From Patescibacteria group bacterium (lineage in GTDB: Bacteria > Patescibacteriota > Minisyncoccia > UBA6257 > 1-14-0-10-40-38), in contig JBBTRX010000002.1 of the NCBI GenBank assembly GCA_038064975.1, positions 64,880 through 128,879 on the forward strand: DNA of 64,000 nucleotides, read 5' to 3'. Positions 55,694 to 64,000 of the stretch are shown here, one piece after another. The translations under genes and the position numbers were made by a program. Each line of letters begins with the position of its first letter. Positions within the stretch are counted from its first letter, which is position 1. The notes beneath the pieces are model-generated. The model was not told the origin of the DNA and did not search any database. It worked only from the letters and a program-made list of their open reading frames with translations.

Positions 55694-58192
55694 TTATCGA
55701 GCTCCAAGAACAATTTCCCCGTTTTTCATTTCCGCGAGAATAGTTCCTCCCCGTTCTAACGTTCCGCGAAGCATGATGTCTGCAAGCGGACTCCTTAACC
55801 GTTCTGAAATTGCTCTCTTGAGCGGACGCGCCCCAAGAGAAGGGCTGTAACCTAACCGCGCCATTTCTTGAAGCACCTCATCGGTGTAGTGAAAAGTAAT
55901 TTCGTGCTCATCGCGAAGCATGCGGGTGAGTTCTTCTAGTTGAAGCTTCGCGATCGCGAGAACATCCTCACGAGAAAGCGGACGGAACATAATGATGTCG
56001 GAGAACCGATTTAAAAGTTCAACACGGAATAGTGTGGAGAGACGAGTTTTAAGTTCCACAGCAATCTCTGTATATGACGCTTGGTTTTGAATTTTTTCCT
56101 GGATAAAATCTGAATGCGCGTTGGAAGTTGCGATCACAACCGTATCTTCAAAACTCGCCACTCTTCCTGCAGTATCAGTAAGACGCCCGTCATCCAGAAC
56201 TTGGAGAAAGATATTTAAAATATTCGGATGAGCTTTTTCAAATTCGTCTAACAAAATTAAGCTATACGGCTTTTCGCGCACAGCATCTACGAGAGTACCG
56301 GTCGTGACACCCTCTCCGGAACCTATAAATTTCGCCACGCTTTGGAGGGTTTGATATTCCGACATGTCAAAGCGGATCATCTGACGCTCGCTTCCGAACT
56401 GCATTTCCGCGAGTACTTTCGCGAGCTCGGTCTTCCCTACCCCCGTGGGACCGACAAAAAGAAAACTCGCAATTGGACCTCCCCGGCGCGTGAGCCCTGC
56501 CCGATACTCGCGCATAACGCGAGCAAGCGCGTGGACTGCCTCTGTCTGGCCAATAATTTTTAGTTTCATCTCTTCCTCCAAGTGAAGAAGTTTATCGGAT
56601 TCATGGCGCTCCGCCTCATGAATAGGAATATTTGATTTCCGTTCTGCAACAGCAACGACTGATTCTCCGCTTACTATTTTTTCTCCCCGCCCCACGGCAT
56701 ACGCAGCAGCTTCGCTTAAAAGCTCTTCCGCACTGCCAGGAAGCAAACGATTCCGGAAATAGCGCTTTGCAAGCTTCACCGCTTCCTGAATAGCGCGGTA
56801 TCCAACTTTCACGTGCTCGTTGGATTCAATAAGCGGAGCCCGCCATGCAAGGATAATCGCCGCTTCTTCCGGAGTGATTTCCTGGATTCTAATTGTTTCA
56901 AACGACTCGGCAAATTCTGAAACACGCTCAATGTTCACGCGAAACTCCTGCGGAGTCGTAGCCCCAATGACAGAAATAGATTCATCCGCAATAAGAGGGA
57001 GTATAAATTCCGCAACAGAAAGTGAATTTCCCGAGCGCGAGAGTAAATGAATGTCGGGAATATAAAAAACGATATTTCCTGAAGAACGGATCTCCCGCAT
57101 GATGACACGAAGACGTTCTTCCAGTTCGCCAGGACCCGCTCCGGCAAGAAGTCGTGCAAGCGAAAGGCGTACGAGCCGCTTATCCAAAAGCTCACTCGGC
57201 ACACGATCTTCTGTCATGAGGAGCGCTAAATGGTGAGCGATAGCGCTTTTGCCGGAACCAACTTCGCCCACAAGAAGAGCATTCCGCCTTCCCTCTTTCG
57301 TAAGTACATCAATTAATTCTCCCGCTTCCTTATGATGCCCCACGAGAAGCCCGACCGCTCCTGCTCGCGCCCGATCTGTCATATCATCGCTTACGCTATC
57401 CAATATTGGCGTAGGACGCGCCGTCCACGCGCGATTCATTACTTTATGAGAAACTCTCCTCGGCTCGCCTAAGAGCCGGCGGATATGGAAACGATGAGCC
57501 TCGCGTGAGCGCCGTGCCAAAAGCAAACTGTTTTCCAAATCATCACCGTGAATAGTGAAACTGCTTAAAAGTTTTTGTACTCGATTATCCTCGGAAACGG
57601 AAAGGGACGCAAAAATATCTTCGGGCTCCACATAGAGCCGCCGATACGCTATGGCATGCCGCGTCGCCGCAATCATAATGAGTGCAATTTCACGTTCAGC
57701 AGGGACCCACCCCCGCTCAGGAGCTTGCTCAATAAACGTATTTGTTTTTGCAATGAAAGCGGCGAGGTCAATTCCCATACGAAGCAACCCCTGCATAACA
57801 CGTTTGTTTTCAGCAAGTCGTGCCGCGAGAAGGAGTATAAATGATCCAGGGGGAGCCATAGTAGATTGCTCAAGTGCAATTTCCAAAGAACGTAGAGCAT
57901 ACGGTGTGGAATAATCATGAGCATTCATTGACCCCCTCGCGTGAGATCCATGATGCCAAAACTGCCGAAGCGATACATCCCCTTTGCCGATATGGAATAC
58001 GCTATCTAGAATAAATAACACGATGAGCATGCCGAGCGATCGAAGCCACGGTATGTCGGAGAAAGAAAAAATGAGAGCTGCAGATCCGGCAATGCCATAC
58101 GCCGCGTGCCCTAATACGCGAATAAAAAAACGCTCCCCATGCGACATGCGGATTCTCCGCGACTGAAATGATATAGAAAGTGGTTGTTCCAT
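55694..58192 (-). CDS. ClpA/ClpB-like AAA+ ATPase with N-terminal TM segments
   Basis: GEVGSGKS, GPTGVGKTE, RFDMSEY, LDEFEKAH, GARPL. Confidence 0.88.
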   Translation of the reverse strand: MEQPLSISFQSRRIRMSHGERFFIRVLGHAAYGIAGSAALIFSFSDIPWLRSLGMLIVLFILDSVFHIGKGDVSLRQFWHHGSHARGSMNAHDYSTPYALRSLEIALEQSTMAPPGSFILLLAARLAENKRVMQGLLRMGIDLAAFIAKTNTFIEQAPERGWVPAEREIALIMIAATRHAIAYRRLYVEPEDIFASLSVSEDNRVQKLLSSFTIHGDDLENSLLLARRSREAHRFHIRRLLGEPRRVSHKVMNRAWTARPTPILDSVSDDMTDRARAGAVGLLVGHHKEAGELIDVLTKEGRRNALLVGEVGSGKSAIAHHLALLMTEDRVPSELLDKRLVRLSLARLLAGAGPGELEERLRVIMREIRSSGNIVFYIPDIHLLSRSGNSLSVAEFILPLIADESISVIGATTPQEFRVNIERVSEFAESFETIRIQEITPEEAAIILAWRAPLIESNEHVKVGYRAIQEAVKLAKRYFRNRLLPGSAEELLSEAAAYAVGRGEKIVSGESVVAVAERKSNIPIHEAERHESDKLLHLEEEMKLKIIGQTEAVHALARVMREYRAGLTRRGGPIASFLFVGPTGVGKTELAKVLAEMQFGSERQMIRFDMSEYQTLQSVAKFIGSGEGVTTGTLVDAVREKPYSLILLDEFEKAHPNILNIFLQVLDDGRLTDTAGRVASFEDTVVIATSNAHSDFIQEKIQNQASYTEIAVELKTRLSTLFRVELLNRFSDIIMFRPLSREDVLAIAKLQLEELTRMLRDEHEITFHYTDEVLQEMARLGYSPSLGARPLKRAISERLRSPLADIMLRGTLERGGTILAEMKNGEIVLGAR

Positions 58193-58533
58193 TAGATTCC
58201 AGAAAGGATAATAACAATCGGAATGCCTGCCCACGCGACATATATCATGGCAACGGTAAGTGCTATTCCCGCATAGAGAAGTCCTGCCAAAGCAACGCGG
58301 AAACTTCTAAATACAATGCCCAGTGTGTGGCCGATGGGCGTATGGTCCTGATACAAAGGCTGGAAAAAATTTCGCAACGTTACGCGAAGCGCCAACTTTT
58401 TATCAAGCAAAGTAAGCACCTCAGTTGTATATGTAAGAAGCGCAAAAAAAGAATCGTAATACCAATGCCGCACAAAAGCTTTGATGCGACTTATAACTTG
58501 TTCCCCGATATAGAGAGCGGACTCGTATCCCAT
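58192..58533 (-). CDS. Hypothetical membrane protein coupled to the Clp ATPase
   Basis: TAATG stop/start overlap with the Clp gene; hydrophobic C-terminus. Confidence 0.65.
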   Translation of the reverse strand: MGYESALYIGEQVISRIKAFVRHWYYDSFFALLTYTTEVLTLLDKKLALRVTLRNFFQPLYQDHTPIGHTLGIVFRSFRVALAGLLYAGIALTVAMIYVAWAGIPIVIILSGI

Positions 58534-58604
58534 ATCTCCATTATAGAGTCGTTTTTTAAAGAATGCGAAAAAAATCCCGCACACGACCTGTGATGTGCGG
58601 GTTT

Positions 58605-59252
58605 TCAGTGCACGTGATGGGTATGCCCGTGACTGTCGGAAGACGAATATTTGAGAAGATGTATCGCTCCCCATACCATCCAAAACGCAATAGCAATGGA
58701 AACGACGGGGTCAAAGAGCGTGATACCCGTAATCCAAATCACGGGAGCAGTCACAATAACCACAATGCTCTGCAGAAAATCAAAACGAATATGTTGTCGC
58801 ATGCCTTCGCGAGTTGCATGGGCACTGCTTTGCATAAGAATGCGATGTTGAATCATATTTCCACACGCTCCCACCACGGCAACAGACAACATTATGAAGG
58901 GAGCAACGTGAGGCGTGCCGTGCATTCTATGCACTGCCTCCAGAAAAACAACCACTGCAATAACGAAGAGAAGTGCGCTATGTGCATACACGCCCAGTTT
59001 TCTCATGAATCCTTCCCAATGGGAATGTAGATACACGAGATACGCGATAACAATCGCAACGATGATCGCGATGAAGTCACCAAAAACGTGACCCGCATCC
59101 GATAAAAGAGCCAAGCTTCCCGAAGCAATGCCACCCGCGATTTGAAAGACGAGAATAGCAAGCGTTACCGAGAAGATAATCCAATATCGTTTGAAATCGC
59201 AGAGACAATTCCCTATCTCTATCCTACAAGTTCTGAAATGCCCGCTTCGCAC
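58605..59252 (-). CDS. Cation diffusion facilitator (CzcD/ZitB-like; start probably downstream)
   Basis: SGSLALLSDAGH..D, H...D, DP; His-rich tail. Confidence 0.85.
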   Translation of the reverse strand: MRSGHFRTCRIEIGNCLCDFKRYWIIFSVTLAILVFQIAGGIASGSLALLSDAGHVFGDFIAIIVAIVIAYLVYLHSHWEGFMRKLGVYAHSALLFVIAVVVFLEAVHRMHGTPHVAPFIMLSVAVVGACGNMIQHRILMQSSAHATREGMRQHIRFDFLQSIVVIVTAPVIWITGITLFDPVVSIAIAFWMVWGAIHLLKYSSSDSHGHTHHVH

Positions 59253-59415
59253 GGAGCACCCCCTTTCTTTTTGTTTAGAAGACTGTGAAAGAGCATATCT
59301 GAAACCAGAGTCACCCTATGCCAAAATGACTACGACGTCAATCATCGAGGCGATAGAAATTTTTGATATGAAAAATCCACGGCAGAAAAATGAGGATATT
59401 TTTTTATTTTACGGA

Positions 59416-59561
59416 GTGCTCCCGGCAGGAGATCTCACGCGTCGCTTTGCTCATGCTTAAAAACCGTCGGTTTTTAACATTCCGCCTTTCGGCGGATTTT
59501 CCTACACGGGAGGAGTACCTCTCCTCCCGACCCCTCCTCTCAGTTCGATTTCTAACGGGAG
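59416..59561 (-). repeat. tRNA-anchored element, core type 2 (distal copy behind tRNA-Arg CCG)
   Basis: GTGCTCCCGGCAGGA duplicate; inverted GTTCGATTTCTAACGGGAG at 59543-59561. Confidence 0.9.
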
Positions 59562-59603
59562 AAAGTATAAAAATAAATAACCCCGATGGGGTCATTTATT
59601 TTT

Positions 59604-59727
59604 GTGCTCCCGGCAGGAGGTCTCACGTCGTCCGGCTCTGCCGGACTCTTTGAAACCCAGCGGTTTCAACAGCTTCCGCCTCGGGGAAACTTCCGTTTCC
59701 CCGACCCCTTTCCCGTTCGACTCCTGC
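59604..59727 (-). repeat. tRNA-anchored element, core type 1 (proximal copy behind tRNA-Arg CCG)
   Basis: GTGCTCCCGGCAGGA duplicate; inverted GTTCGACTCCTGC at 59715-59727. Confidence 0.9.
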
Positions 59728-59782
59728 TACAGGAAAACAAAAAGACAAAAACTGCCTCGCATTCGCGAGGCGCTTTTTGTCT

Positions 59783-59857
59783 TGGTGCTCCCGGCAGGAA
59801 TCGAACCTGCACCACCTCCTTCGGAGGGAGGCGTTGTATCCATTCAACTACGAGAGC
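59783..59857 (-). tRNA. tRNA-Arg(CCG)
   Basis: Anticodon arm CCTCC-CT-CCG-AA-GGAGG, encoded CCA; overlaps the stop of the upstream CDS. Confidence 0.93.
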
Positions 59858-61199
59858 GAAGATGAGCAAAAGCGATTCCTATAACTAGCCACAGCATAAG
59901 CTGTCCCTGCCATAAGTCCCATAAGAAATGATCAAAAAAACCAAACACGATAAAGCTGATCAATAACACGCTCACCCAGATATTTTGGAGCGTAACTGCA
60001 CGATACATGACTGCAAAAGTAAGCGCAACAAGAAAGAGTAATAATGATATTCCCCCTAAGACGCCGATCTCAACTGCCGCAAGAAGATAAATATTGTGTA
60101 CCGGCTGCCACTTCCACGATTCACGAACACCGTAATCACCATACAGGCCGCTTCGTACACCAGAAAATATCTGATTTCCTAATCCCACTCCCATAGGATT
60201 TACCTTAATCATCTCACGCGCAATCTGCATATAGCTCACTCGTTCAGAAACCGAGCGCTCCACGGGAGAAACTCCCACGCGTGGAATAATCCAAAAAGAA
60301 AAAATAGAAAAGAGTATCCATGCTGTAACACCAAGCACCACAAAAAATTTCATCGCCTGCTTTCGTAAGACACTATAAAAAAGAGCCGCGAACGGAACGA
60401 TAAGTAAGATCGCGCTAGTTACCCATGCCGAGCGCGAAAAGGTAAGAACAAGCCCCAGCGATAAAACAAAAAACGCGATGGAAAGAATAATAGTCGTGAG
60501 AAACACGGGTCGGTAGCGGCGGAACGCATCTTTCCAATTCCTACGCGTAACATTCAACTTTGGAATACTCACAGAAAACCATAAGTAAATGAGCGCCGCA
60601 AAACTTAAGACCAGAAAAGCGCCGAGAATATTGGGATGCGGGAACGTGCCATACCCACGGAGAACATGTAAACCATCTACAATAATTCTACTTGAGGCAG
60701 GGTCCGTAACTGATATTGGCGATTCGCCAAAGAATGAAAGCCCAAGGGCATGTTGTATTTTGAATTGGAGAAACGCAATCACAGACTCAACGACTCCAAG
60801 TACAACTAAAACCGTAGCTGCAATAGTAAGATGTTGTTTACCGCGAAGAACGGTCCCAACCGCGTATGCAAAGAGAATAAGGAAAATAAGCCGGAGAAAG
60901 CGATACATAGCGAGTGCCGAAATTGGAGCGCTCATAAGTGAGAGCAAAGAACTCCCTACGACAATCGCGAGGAGAACAATAAGTATTCGAGAAATAGAAA
61001 CACCATCTTTTCTATTTATAAATAGAACACTCGCTACAAGCGCAATAACTATAAAATCACTCGCGTATAAAAAAGCGGCTTCGTATTCATGAAAGCCGGT
61101 TGTGAAAAGCCCGAGCAAGATTCGCGTACCGAGAGGGATGCCAAAAATCGCCGCAATAATAATTGGAAATCGCACATGCTCCGCAAACCGCGCCATCAT
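59844..61199 (-). CDS. O-antigen ligase family protein
   Basis: R.YGTFPHPN, TFSRSAW, GVGLG, VHNIYLL...EIG. Confidence 0.88.
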   Translation of the reverse strand: MMARFAEHVRFPIIIAAIFGIPLGTRILLGLFTTGFHEYEAAFLYASDFIVIALVASVLFINRKDGVSISRILIVLLAIVVGSSLLSLMSAPISALAMYRFLRLIFLILFAYAVGTVLRGKQHLTIAATVLVVLGVVESVIAFLQFKIQHALGLSFFGESPISVTDPASSRIIVDGLHVLRGYGTFPHPNILGAFLVLSFAALIYLWFSVSIPKLNVTRRNWKDAFRRYRPVFLTTIILSIAFFVLSLGLVLTFSRSAWVTSAILLIVPFAALFYSVLRKQAMKFFVVLGVTAWILFSIFSFWIIPRVGVSPVERSVSERVSYMQIAREMIKVNPMGVGLGNQIFSGVRSGLYGDYGVRESWKWQPVHNIYLLAAVEIGVLGGISLLLFLVALTFAVMYRAVTLQNIWVSVLLISFIVFGFFDHFLWDLWQGQLMLWLVIGIAFAHLRSRS

Positions 61200-62356
61200 A
61201 AGAATTGAATAAGCTGGCCTACGAGCGCTGCGGAGAAAATAAACGCCGCGAATCCAATAGCAAGATTGCTAATATGTTTAGCAAAAATCGGTTCATTACC
61301 CAAGACAGCGTTCGCTCTTTTCCACATAAGGATCACGAGGAGTCCTTCAATGCTTAAAAATATTCCTCCGGAAACCGCAACAAGTCGGACAAATGAAGTG
61401 AGTCCAAAAAGGTAAAAGAGAAGTGGGGCTAAAATAACGAGAAGAAATCTCCCCTCTCGCCGGATATGAAGGTCATAGTGCAAACTGGAAATGATATCTA
61501 TACCCACCGTAATATAGGAACTCCATATACTAAGAAGTCCCAAGATACCTAGAGCAATAAGCACTGCGGGATGGACACTGCCCACAAGACTGCTTACCGC
61601 GTCCTCCGCAACCGTACCCGAAAGAGCGATGATTGCCAAAATGAAAATGGAGTACAAAGTAATCGGCACGATAACGCCATAGGCTAGTATCTTTTTCATC
61701 CATACGCGCCCATTCCCCTGCTTCAATGCTTTAAAATAACCGAGAATTTCAGGAATAGCGGCACGTCCCGAGAGGGAAAATAATATCGCTCCTAAGGGAA
61801 CTAAAATGCCCACCGAAAGCGGATGCGAGAGCGTGAGCTTATCTACCGAAAGTTCTGGCAAACCAATCGCTCCCAGGAAAAGAATAATAGCCGCGATTGC
61901 TACCATGACAAGAAATTCCGAGAGTGCGATACTTTTCACTCGGAAGAAGACGGCCATGGAACCGATCGCCCAAAAGATCATAGCTTTCGCGAGCGGCGGG
62001 CCTGCCGGAAAAATAAGATCAATAAAACTCACAGAGAGCACGAGATAGATCGTAAGCGAAAAAACCATTCCCAAGATACTCGTTGCAACCGCAATATAAG
62101 AGGCGTTCTGCCCGAGATACATCCGCGCGTATCCGATAAACCGATGCTCGCCCTTAGTGCGAACTACGATATCGGCGTAGAGAAAATAAAAAATCGTATA
62201 CGCGAGCCCGGCGAGCGCAAGAAGAAGAAAACCAAGCCCTATGCCAATACTGCTAAAAAAATACGGTAGAGAGAAAAACCCAGCGCCAATAATGGTCGCG
62301 GCCAAGATACCGAGAGGAAGAAGAAAATGAGTATAAAAGATCTTATGCCGATGCAT
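61196..62356 (-). CDS. Aromatic amino acid transporter family protein (TyrP/Mtr-like)
   Basis: TIIGAGFFSLPY, about 11 TM segments. Confidence 0.8.
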   Translation of the reverse strand: MHRHKIFYTHFLLPLGILAATIIGAGFFSLPYFFSSIGIGLGFLLLALAGLAYTIFYFLYADIVVRTKGEHRFIGYARMYLGQNASYIAVATSILGMVFSLTIYLVLSVSFIDLIFPAGPPLAKAMIFWAIGSMAVFFRVKSIALSEFLVMVAIAAIILFLGAIGLPELSVDKLTLSHPLSVGILVPLGAILFSLSGRAAIPEILGYFKALKQGNGRVWMKKILAYGVIVPITLYSIFILAIIALSGTVAEDAVSSLVGSVHPAVLIALGILGLLSIWSSYITVGIDIISSLHYDLHIRREGRFLLVILAPLLFYLFGLTSFVRLVAVSGGIFLSIEGLLVILMWKRANAVLGNEPIFAKHISNLAIGFAAFIFSAALVGQLIQFL

Positions 62357-62361
62357 ACTGA

Positions 62362-63057
62362 TTACGCTCCACGCTTTTTAGTGTAATGATCAACTCTCTC
62401 TTTTTCCACGACGGCATGGAAGTTTTGCGCGAGCGCTCCGAGATCGGCATGGTTTCTCCCGTAATTTTCTTTTTTCACTCTCTCCATAACTACATGAAGT
62501 TTTTTAACTAACGTTTCCGGATCGCTGTCGTAGACGATATGCCCGGGTCCCCGATGGGAATCTTTCACGATACCCTCAAGCTTATCTGCTATCCCCCCGG
62601 TTCCGGTTAAGACGCCAATAGGGGTTTTATTTTCAAACGCAATCGTAAATTCATTTAATGTCCCTATTCTTCCGCAAAGAATAATAACAGCATCAGCGGC
62701 GCGCGTGAGCAATAAGTTTCTTCCCGTATAATCAAAGCCCGTATAAATAATGATGTCGTGATAATCAACGGGGAGGCGATACGATTTAATATGAGCCATC
62801 TCAGATGCCGCAGGAGAAATGCCGATAACAAGCCCCCCTTCCTTTTTCGCGCCCTTCGCTACCCAATACGGCATGCCGGTTGTCGCTCCCGTTACCGTTA
62901 CGATTCCCATGCGCGCCATAATCTGTCCCAACTGTTCCGCTTTTTGTACCGCATCTATCGCGCAATGTCCGGTTTCTGCTGCACCTGAAATTGCGATCTT
63001 ACATTTCAAGTGATTCAAGTTTGTGAGAACGTCTTCGTGATGATTTGTGCGTGCCAT
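62362..63057 (-). CDS. LOG/SLOG family nucleotide-binding protein
   Basis: TGATTG, GISP, RNLLL, GRIGTLNE; ATG at 63057. Confidence 0.85.
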   Translation of the reverse strand: MARTNHHEDVLTNLNHLKCKIAISGAAETGHCAIDAVQKAEQLGQIMARMGIVTVTGATTGMPYWVAKGAKKEGGLVIGISPAASEMAHIKSYRLPVDYHDIIIYTGFDYTGRNLLLTRAADAVIILCGRIGTLNEFTIAFENKTPIGVLTGTGGIADKLEGIVKDSHRGPGHIVYDSDPETLVKKLHVVMERVKKENYGRNHADLGALAQNFHAVVEKERVDHYTKKRGA

Positions 63058-63061
63058 AGAT

Positions 63062-64000
63062 TTATAATACCACTTCATCGCCGCGGGATGGAACACTTGC
63101 ATGGACAGCAAACTTGTCCACGATACGAACGCGGAGTGCTTCCGCCGCTTCTTCCTCTCCTTGGACGATAAAAACTTTTTTAAGCGAACCGCGAACAGGA
63201 TATATCCAGTGCAAAAGTTGGTTTTGGTCCGCGTGAGCAGAATATCCTCCGATCGCTTTAATGTGTGCGCGAACGGGAACCGTCTCTCCATGAATAGTAA
63301 TCGTTGGCACTCCATCTAAAATTTGCCGCCCCAACGAATTACGCGCCTGATAACCAACGATAAGGAGCGTGCTGTTCGGATCCGGAAGATAACGTTTTGC
63401 GTGATGCAAAATCCGCCCGCCATGCATCATACCTGATCCTGCAACGATAACTTTCGCTCCCCGCACTTCATTAATAGATCGTGATTCCGCCGTCGTAATC
63501 GTCTGCCGCAAACTAGAAAAAGAAAAGTCGTGTTCTCCGCGATGCTGTTTTCCCTTAGGATGGTCAAAATAATTGTCGTACTTTTTATATACCGCTGTAA
63601 GTTTGATCGCGAGCGGACTATCCAGGAAAACGGGAATGTGTGGAATTCTGCCGCGCGTTACTAAATCGTCAATTTCAAAAAGAATTTCCTGCGTCCGTTC
63701 CATCGCGAATGCGGGTATCATGAGTGTGCCTCCCCGCTTGATCGTCTCTTCTATTACATCTTCTAAAATTTCTTTGCGCCTTGGCAAATCTTCGTGGATC
63801 CGATCACCATATGCCGATTCAATCACGCAGTAATCTGCTTTTGGCATCAGCTCAGGGCTTCCCAAGAGCGGCATAGGAGCGTTCCCCATATCTCCGGAGA
63901 ATATTATTTTTTTACCTTCCGCCTCCACGAGAAGAAAGCTGGATCCAAGAACGTGCGCGGAATTCATTGCCGTAACCGTAAAAGGTCCGACGTGAACGGA
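63062..64000 (-). CDS. MBL-fold beta-CASP RNA-processing hydrolase (5' partial)
   Basis: HVLGS, SGDMG, ESAYG, GSGMMHGGRILHH, SAHAD. Confidence 0.9.
   Translation of the reverse strand, partial: SVHVGPFTVTAMNSAHVLGSSFLLVEAEGKKIIFSGDMGNAPMPLLGSPELMPKADYCVIESAYGDRIHEDLPRRKEILEDVIEETIKRGGTLMIPAFAMERTQEILFEIDDLVTRGRIPHIPVFLDSPLAIKLTAVYKKYDNYFDHPKGKQHRGEHDFSFSSLRQTITTAESRSINEVRGAKVIVAGSGMMHGGRILHHAKRYLPDPNSTLLIVGYQARNSLGRQILDGVPTITIHGETVPVRAHIKAIGGYSAHADQNQLLHWIYPVRGSLKKVFIVQGEEEAAEALRVRIVDKFAVHASVPSRGDEVVL

Noticed and set aside
57590-57630. c-di-GMP-I riboswitch-like GAAA-GGGACGCAAA
   Set aside because: Antisense within the Clp coding sequence and lacking the rest of the motif

Overview
Chromosomal segment of a Patescibacteria/CPR-type bacterium, probably Parcubacteria. 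This is inferred from the short IF2, aaRS domain insertions, class F sortase and tRNAs mostly lacking encoded CCA; TGA is used as stop. The backbone is housekeeping: metG, valS, ileS, argS, CCA-adding enzyme, tsaD, infB-rbfA, HU, rny, gpmI, secG, rnj, smpB-ssrA, infC-rpmI-rplT and polX, plus 11 tRNAs and tmRNA. The two most unusual elements are: (1) a stand-alone retron-type reverse transcriptase (26660-27598; NAxxH, YIDD, VTG) with no recognisable effector, preceded by two tandem structured non-coding RNA candidates, each with its own predicted promoter and terminator; (2) a dispersed family of ~120-160 bp elements found in this window only behind tRNA/tmRNA genes (7 clear copies at 5 loci, two core subfamilies), each bounded by an inverted copy of the host T-arm and a direct copy of the host 3' end. 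Also notable: 5'-end tRNA duplications with mini-palindromes, histidine-phosphatase domains inserted in both ValRS and IleRS, a boxA-like leader motif on orphan single-gene units behind tmRNA, and 7/8-mer repeats inside coding sequences. All calls were read by eye from the sequence and ORF track; no searches or folding programs were run.
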